A stretch of 64,000 nucleotides of DNA from the human T2T-CHM13v2.0 reference genome, Homo sapiens. Location: assembly GCF_009914755.1 (NCBI RefSeq), contig NC_060929.1. One strand, given 5' to 3'. The translations under genes and the position numbers were made by a program. A model generated the notes under the pieces. That model saw nothing but the letters and a program-made list of their open reading frames with translations, was not told the DNA's origin and searched no databases. Below are positions 56,576 through 64,000 of this stretch, one piece after another (the stretch's first letter is position 1; each line of letters begins with the position of its first letter).

Positions 56576-57114
56576 AATATTAAGGGCAACAGAAGAAGAA
56601 AACTGTCATAATCATTGTAAATTTAAACCAACTAATTGTGAAAGACCAGAGAATATTGAGCAACACTCTCATTCCTTATTTTCCTGCATGAATATGAGAT
56701 GATTAGGAGACTAGATAAAGTTATATGAATTCATGAAGACTAGGGCTATATATAAATTTTGTAATGTCATCTTTTGTGAAAAATATAAACAGGAACCACT
56801 TCCAATAATTTTTCATGCTCAAAGTTCAGATGCTTTCTACTTTAATATCTGTAATTAACCACTTCACTCAAGCTTTTGTGAAACTTCAGTCCATTTCCTC
56901 TATATTTTATCAAGCTGTCAAAATTATTTATGTATCTACATTTCCAAGTATTCTGGTGTTCAAATAACATTTTTCTGCTGGTTAGTATTCATCTTAACCT
57001 AACTCAATATATTATTTTTTGCCAATAAAACCTATCATTGAAAATATTCCTTTACATCCATAAACAACTACCTATAAGGTGTATTTTTATTTAGATTACT
57101 TAACAAATATTTTA

Positions 57115-57465
<351 letters not shown>

Positions 57466-57699
57466 CTAAAAATTAGCCACAAACATGTTTTTATCTATAA
57501 TTATCTAAATGGAATAAAGGAAGTGTGTTTATATTCATCTCAATAACCATTTTATAGCCAAATAATTTCAAGAAATAGCTACATTTGCATTGATGTATGT
57601 GAACAAAATTATTTATTAAATGCAATTTAGAGTTATTAAGTTAAATTATATTTTCAAATTTGCCACTAATATTTAGAAATACACGAAAGACATCTGAAC

Positions 57700-58720
57700 A
57701 ACTTTAGGGAAAATAATGAAAAGAGGAAAATATACACAATTCAAATAAATAAAGGCAAGAATGAAGGAACAATGAATATAGAAAAGCAGAGCAAAGAGAC
57801 AGCAAAAAATAAGATGATAGAAATAATCCAGAAGAAGAAAAAAATACTAAAAAGTAAACATATTAACTCCCAGTTCAAAGTCATTCAGTCTCAAACTTCA
57901 TAAAAAACTCAAATATTTCATTGTAGGCCATTCAGAAGACACATACCTAAATATAAGCCAACTGTTTGTTGAAAGTAAAGTGAAAGATAGGCATATTCCA
58001 AGCAGATACGTACCCAGAGAAGACTAGGTAATATCTTATTGGACAATAATATGCATAAGGCAAAAAAATTAAGTAAAATCGCACACAATGATGCAAGATT
58101 CAGTATACCAAGAGGATAAAACAAGTATTGTAAGGATGTTAAACCAAAGTAAATTAAAAAATAACAACCCCAAAACCTTAGGAAACAACTAGGCATTAAC
58201 AAATAATTCTGAACATGCTCATAATGTAAGTAAAGCTATTGTACTCCATTTATATATCTAAAAATATACCTGGTGGTATTCACGTGACATCTTCATTTGC
58301 AATAGCAAAAAATTCTGCCCATGAAAATTTAAGTGGATGAATACAGTATTCATTATTTCTGTATGACCATGAAAAAACATAAAGCTACGCTAATTAAAAG
58401 GAATGTGTATTAAAAAGTTTCAATGAATATATTTAGAATGAAATATATATATTTATATATATCAAAGTACATTCATACAAATATTTAAAAGAATTGAACT
58501 AAAGAATATATGTACCTAGATATTACATATCTATTTTGTAAAGGGAGAAAGATATGAGAGGGCATCTCACAATAACTTTTAATTGCTCTGATTCTGTGTG
58601 ATTTTCTTAAGCTTGCTTGTAGCTAACAATCCATGCATATTTGTTTATTACATCTCTGTAACCTGGCCACTTTTAGAATATTTTTACATGTCATATTTTG
58701 TAATTAAAAAATAATTTAAA
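57700..58720 (+). mobile_element. Old L1ME fragments
   Basis: ggaagacacatacc-like..gttgaaagtaaagtgaaag endonuclease remnant and tttgcaatagcaaaaa 3' remnant. Confidence 0.55.
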
Positions 58721-59773
58721 ACATTAAAGGTCACTTTGTGACAGTACTGAAGGAAAGTTTAAGTGTTAACGTACAGGTATGCACATATAATTGGAATGAT
58801 GTAGCCATGAGTTAATTTTCCTCCAACATTTTCTTGTATCAAAATATTTAATCAATTGAGGTATATTTTATGGCAAAAAATTAACTATAAAAATTCATCT
58901 TTACAGACAATGAATTTATTTCTTGGTTATATATTATCTTTGATATGTCACAAAAATAACATTATAATCTAAAGAATCAATTTATGTAATAGTTTTTTAC
59001 TTATAAGAAAAAATAAAGCAAGATTTAATATTGAGCCAGTAACATATTTAATTGCAGTAGGAACTTGATAGGTATACATCAGCTTCCAACAGTTCAATAG
59101 TATTAAGCATAATTGTCAGAAAGCAAAGAAGTCTTTTCACGATCTATTTCCTTTGGCATTACATTTTGAGATTCATTTTGAAATTGTCTGTCCTGACAAA
59201 ATAGAGAACTGTGTACAATGATAATATTCAAGTCAAAACAATCATATTGAATACTGTAAATACATGAATATGCATACTTTTAATTTTTAGTTCTGTATTT
59301 AATAATAAATTCTAACTCAAGATTATAACAGAACACATCAAATTTATGTAATGTTTACCTTTGTTTCAGAAAAAAACTTCTGTTCAAAGAAGATAAGCTA
59401 TAATGCAAAATATTTACATACAGTTGTTGATTTTTTTCTGTATAGATTTTAGTTTTAATTCTGTATATGTTTACAAGCATAAACTATTCATAATTCTGTA
59501 TATTTTTAGGTCACATTTATAAGTAAATAATTGTTATAAATGAACTCAAAAAATATGTGGGGCTTTTTATTTTAAATTAATTGAAAATTATTTGGTATAT
59601 GGCTAATATTGGCTGTTCGCTGTTTTAAGAGCTAGAAATACCCTAATTAAAAAAAAAAGAAATAAGAACCCTTATCCTCTGGAAGTTTTCCCTTCTAAAA
59701 GATAAACTTCTCAAGGTAGCACCTCATGAAAAAAGAACTGTCATAAGCATATAAAATTGTTCCTGTATTTCTT

Positions 59774-61607
59774 TATTTTTTGATTTTTATTTTAGATTCG
59801 GGGTACACATGCATGTTTGTTATATAGATATGCTGCCTGTCATGGGGGTTTTGCATACAGATTATTTTATCACCCAGGTAATAAGCATAGTACCCAATGG
59901 GTATTTTGGGTCATCTTTTCCCTCCTCCCACCCTCCACCTTCAAGTAGGCTGGGTGTGTGTTTTTACCCCTTTTGTGTCCACGTATACCTGATGTTTGGC
60001 TCTCACTTATAAGTAGGAACATGCAATATTTGGTTTTCTTTTTCTGTGTTAGTTTGCTTTATCTCTATCCATGTTGCTGTTGTTTATTATGGCTGAGTAA
60101 TATTCCATGGTGTATATAAACCACACTGTTTTTATTCAGTCTACCAATAATGGGCATTTAGGTTGATTCTGTGTCTTTGCTATTGTGAATAGTGCTGCAA
60201 TGAACATATACATGCATGTGTCCTTATGGTATAATAGAACCATTTTTATTCCTTTGGGAATATACTCAATTATGAGATTTCTGGGTATGGCAGTAACTCC
60301 AGTTTGAGTTTTGAGGAAACCACGCTGCTTTTCACAATGGCTGAATGAACTTACACTCCCACCAGCAGTGTATAAGCATTCTGTTTCTCTGCACCCTTGC
60401 TGGCATTTGTTATTTTTTGGCTTTAAATAATAGCCATTATGACTGGTGTGAGATGATATTTAATTGTGGTTTTGATTTGCATTTCTCTAATGATTAGTGA
60501 TGTTGAGCCTTTTTTCATATGCTTGTTGGACACATGTATGTCTTTTGAAAAGTATCTTTTCATGTCTTTTGCCCACTTTTTAATGTGGTTGTTTTTTTGC
60601 CTGTGAAGTTTGGTACAGATTCTGGATATTAGACTTTTGTCAGATTCATAGTTTGAAAATATTTTATCCCATTTTGTAAGATGTCTGTTTACCCTGTTGA
60701 TAGTTTCCTTTACTACGCAAAAGCTCTTTAGTTTAATTTGGTCCTATTTGTCAATTTTTGTTTTTGTTGCAATGGTTTTTGGAGTCTTTGTCATGAAATC
60801 TCTGCTAGGTCCTATATTGATAATTGTATTTTTTAGATTATTTTACCAGGTTTTTATAGTTTTAGGTTTTATGTGTAAGTCTTTAATCCACCTTGAGTGA
60901 TTTTTTTGTATACAATTACAAAATTGTATATAATTTTGTTGAAAATTAAACAACCTCTTCCTGAATGACTTTTGGGTAAATTAAAAAATTAACGCAGAAA
61001 TCAAGAAATTATTTGAAAGTAATGAGAACAAAGATAAAATACCAAAATCTCTGGAAAATGGCTAAAGCAGGGTTAACAGTAAAGTTTATAGCACCAAAAT
61101 GCCCAAATTAAAAAGTTAGAAATATATATTAAATTAACAACCTAGCATCATAATTACTGGAACTAGAGAAACAAGAGCAAACCAACTCCAAAGCTAGCAG
61201 AAGACAAAGAGTAACCAAAATCTGAGCTGAACTGAAGAAAATGAGATGCAAAAATAAAACCAACCATACAAAAAATCAATGAATCCAGGTGTTGTTCCAC
61301 TAAAAAAATTAATAAAATTGATAAACAACTAATGAGACTAATGAAGAAAAAAGAGAGAAGATCCAAATAAAGATATTTAGAAATGACAAAGTTTACATTA
61401 CAATTGACCAAACAGGAATACAAATAACAATCAGATAATATTTTGAATAGTTCTATGCAAACAAACTAGAAAATCTAGAAGAAATAGGTAAATTTGTGAA
61501 CACATACAACTTCCCAAGACTAAACCAGGAAGAAACTGGATTGCTGAACAGATCAATAATGAGTTCCAAAATTGAATCAATAATAAAAAGCTTATTAATC
61601 AAAAACA

Positions 61608-61640
<33 letters not shown>

Positions 61641-61953
61641 AAGCCCAGGACCAGAGAGAGTCACAGCCAATTTCTACCAGATGTATAAAGTAGAGCTGGT
61701 ACCATTCCTACTGAAACTACTCCAAAAAATTGAGGAGGAATGAGTTTTCCCTAACTCATTTTGTGAGGCCAACATCATCATGATACCAAAACCTGTCACA
61801 GACAAAGCAAAAAAAGAAAACCTCACGCTAATATCCTTGAACATAGATGCAAAAATTCTCAAGGAAATCCTAGCAAACTGAATCCAGCAGCACATTGAAA
61901 AGCTAATTCACCATGAGCAATTAGGCTTTGTCCCTGGGATGTAAAGTTGGTTC
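59774..61953 (-). mobile_element. L1PA (L1PA13-16-like) with 5' inversion: 3' end on minus (59774-60911), ORF2 piece on plus (60909-61953)
   Basis: L1PA 3'UTR; strand switch; 15-bp TSD gttcct(g/t)tatttctt at 59759-59773 and 61950-61964. Confidence 0.92.
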
Positions 61954-62526
61954 CTTTATTTCTTGATAACATCAAGAGATTTCTATGATGCCAATAACTA
62001 GACAATGGCATTCACATGCATATGAGGATCAGAGTCTCAGGAATAGTTAATAACAATGGAAAAAAAATTTATTTACCATATGGAATATAAACCTCTAATA
62101 CAGTAAACAGTTGGAAAATGTTTATAAAGCTAGTTTTGCATAATATATCTATATCAATGTTCCTTGACTTACAATGGGGTTATGCACTGAAAAATCCATC
62201 ATTAATTGAAAATATCTAAGTCTAAAATGCATTTAATACATCTAGCCTACCAAGCACTTTTGCTTAGTCTAAACTACCTTGACCATGCTCAGAACACTTA
62301 CATTAGTCTATACTTGGGTAAAATCATCTAACGCAAAGTCTATTTTATAATAAAGTGTTGAATATCTCATGTCATTTATTGAATACTGTACCAAATGTGA
62401 AAAACAGTTGTATGGGTACTCATCACTAATATACCCAGCTAAAAGCATACTGAGCCTGAAGAATATTTGAAGCACTGAACTAAAGTTAAATGTTGGATAA
62501 TGAGGCTATTATAGTGACAGGGTCAT

Positions 62527-62880
62527 TGATGTAGTTTGGCTGTGTCCCCACCCAAATCTCACCTTGAATCGTATTAATCCCCACATGTCAAGGATGGGGC
62601 CAGTTGGAGATAATTGAATCATGGGGGTGGTTCCCCCATACCATTGTCATGATAGTGAATAAATCTTATGAGATCTGATGGTTTTATAAATGGGAGCTCC
62701 CCTGCACAAATTATCTTGCCTTCCACCATGTAAGACATGACTTTGTACCTCCTTGCCTCACACCATGATTGTAAGGCATCCCTAGCCACATGGAACTGTG
62801 AGTCAATTAAACCTCTTGTCTTTATAAATTACCCAGTCTTGAGTATTTTTTTATTAGCAGTGTGAGAACAGACTAATACA
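62527..62880 (+). mobile_element. THE1B-like solo LTR
   Basis: TGATGTAGTTTGGCTGTGTCCCC...GACTAATACA; perfect TSD GTCAT. Confidence 0.95.
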
Positions 62881-62943
62881 GTCATCAACTTCTGTCTCTT
62901 CTGATGAGGCTCAAGAACAGCTGTTAGAAGGTACTGGGGCATG

Positions 62944-63250
62944 GGCTGAGCATGGTGGCTCACCCTTGTAATCCCAGCACTTTGGGAGGCCGAGGTGGGT
63001 GGATCACTTGAGGTCAGGAGTTTGAGACTAGCTGGCCAACATGGTGAAACCCCATCTCTACTAAAAATACAAAAAAATTAGCCAGGGGTGGTGGCACATG
63101 CCTGTAATCCCAGCTACTCGAGAAGCTGAGGCATGAAGAATCACTTGAACCCGGGAGGTGCAGGTTGCAGTGAGCCAAGATCATGCCACTGCACTCCAAC
63201 CTGGGTGACAGAGTTAGACTTTGTCTCAGAAAAAAAAAAAAAAAAGATAC
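62944..63250 (+). mobile_element. AluS (Sx/Sz-like)
   Basis: Dimeric Alu; TSD aag(g/a)tactggggcatg. Confidence 0.95.
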
Positions 63251-63879
63251 AAAGATACTGGGGCATGGATATTTGCTGGCTTAGCAAATCTAGGGTTCTT
63301 CAGGAAAATATAAAGTATCCATTGTTTTCCATCATAATTCTGAAAGAGACTGGGAGCTGTGGCTTGCTGCTGCTGCCCAGCATCAGGAGATAGCATCTTA
63401 CTGTGCATTGCTAGCCCGGGAAAATATCAGAATTTAAAATTTAAAGTACAATTTTTATTGAATGTGTATTGCTTTCCCAACATTTTAGTAGAAAAACTTT
63501 AAGTCAAAGAATTGTTAAGTCAAGAATCATCTGTATTTAAATTTAATATACTGTTCAACACTTAGTTACCCCTCTTGGTGATGTTTTACTACCAAATATT
63601 TTGAATCAAATTTCACAATTTATATTTCCCTAACTGATATCAAGCATATTTTAGGCATTGAATCTATTAAAATATCTTTTTAGAGATAAATAATTTAGAC
63701 ATTTAAATATAAGTGACCAGAAATATTATCTTTTCTTATAATTTGAAATATCAAATACTTGAGCATACATTTTTTAAATCACTTGGTCTTGATTATATCT
63801 TGGCAATTCTTCAAAATAATTGTGACTATAAATGCACTGGTAAGATGTAAAATGAATAATGTCATTATTTAAAAACTTA

Positions 63880-64000
63880 GTGGCCAAGATGGCCAAATAG
63901 GAACAGCTCCAATCTGCAGCTCCCAATGAGTCCAACTCAGAAGGCAGGTGATTTCCAACTGAGGTACCCAGTTCATCTCACTGGGACTTGTTAGTCAGTG
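63880..64000 (+). mobile_element. 5' end of an L1PA (PA7/8-like), continues beyond the window
   Basis: ggccaagatggccaaataggaacagctcc 5'UTR with YY1 site; preceded by the TT/AAAA endonuclease site. Confidence 0.9.

Larger units (their letters stand above)
62154..63534 (+). mobile_element. MER47/Tigger5-type DNA transposon interrupted by THE1B and Alu
   Basis: ccttgacttacaatggggtta...gctcagaacacttacattag; end gttaagtcaagaatcatctg-TA. Confidence 0.85.

Overview
Primate (human-like) genomic DNA that is AT-rich, CpG-poor and apparently gene-free. Most of the window is interspersed repeat. It holds about 14 Alu/FLAM/FAM SINEs, several L1s (L1PB, L1PA-type, older L1M/HAL1), MaLR/ERVL LTRs (MST, THE1, MLT2) and DNA transposons (MER33, Tigger1, MER47/Tigger5). 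There are two ERV1 proviruses: a MER4-type element at 4170-13324 with nested insertions, and a tRNA-Pro-primed HUERS-P-like element at 42470-48436 with decayed gag, a pol C-terminus and an env-SU remnant. An LTR12 solo LTR sits inside an AluY. No host protein-coding exon, RNA gene or CRISPR array is supported; almost all listed ORFs are repeat-derived or spurious. I found no convincing new biological system. The best leads are a chimeric THE1-U3/ERV1-R-U5 3' LTR beside a CWIC env-SU ORF, an LTR with three perfect octamers including a SOX/TCF-OCT composite, two L1 5'-inversions with equivalent breakpoints, and an unexplained 26-bp direct repeat 1.5 kb apart. Subfamily names come from recalled consensus sequences, not a database search, and boundaries of old elements are approximate.
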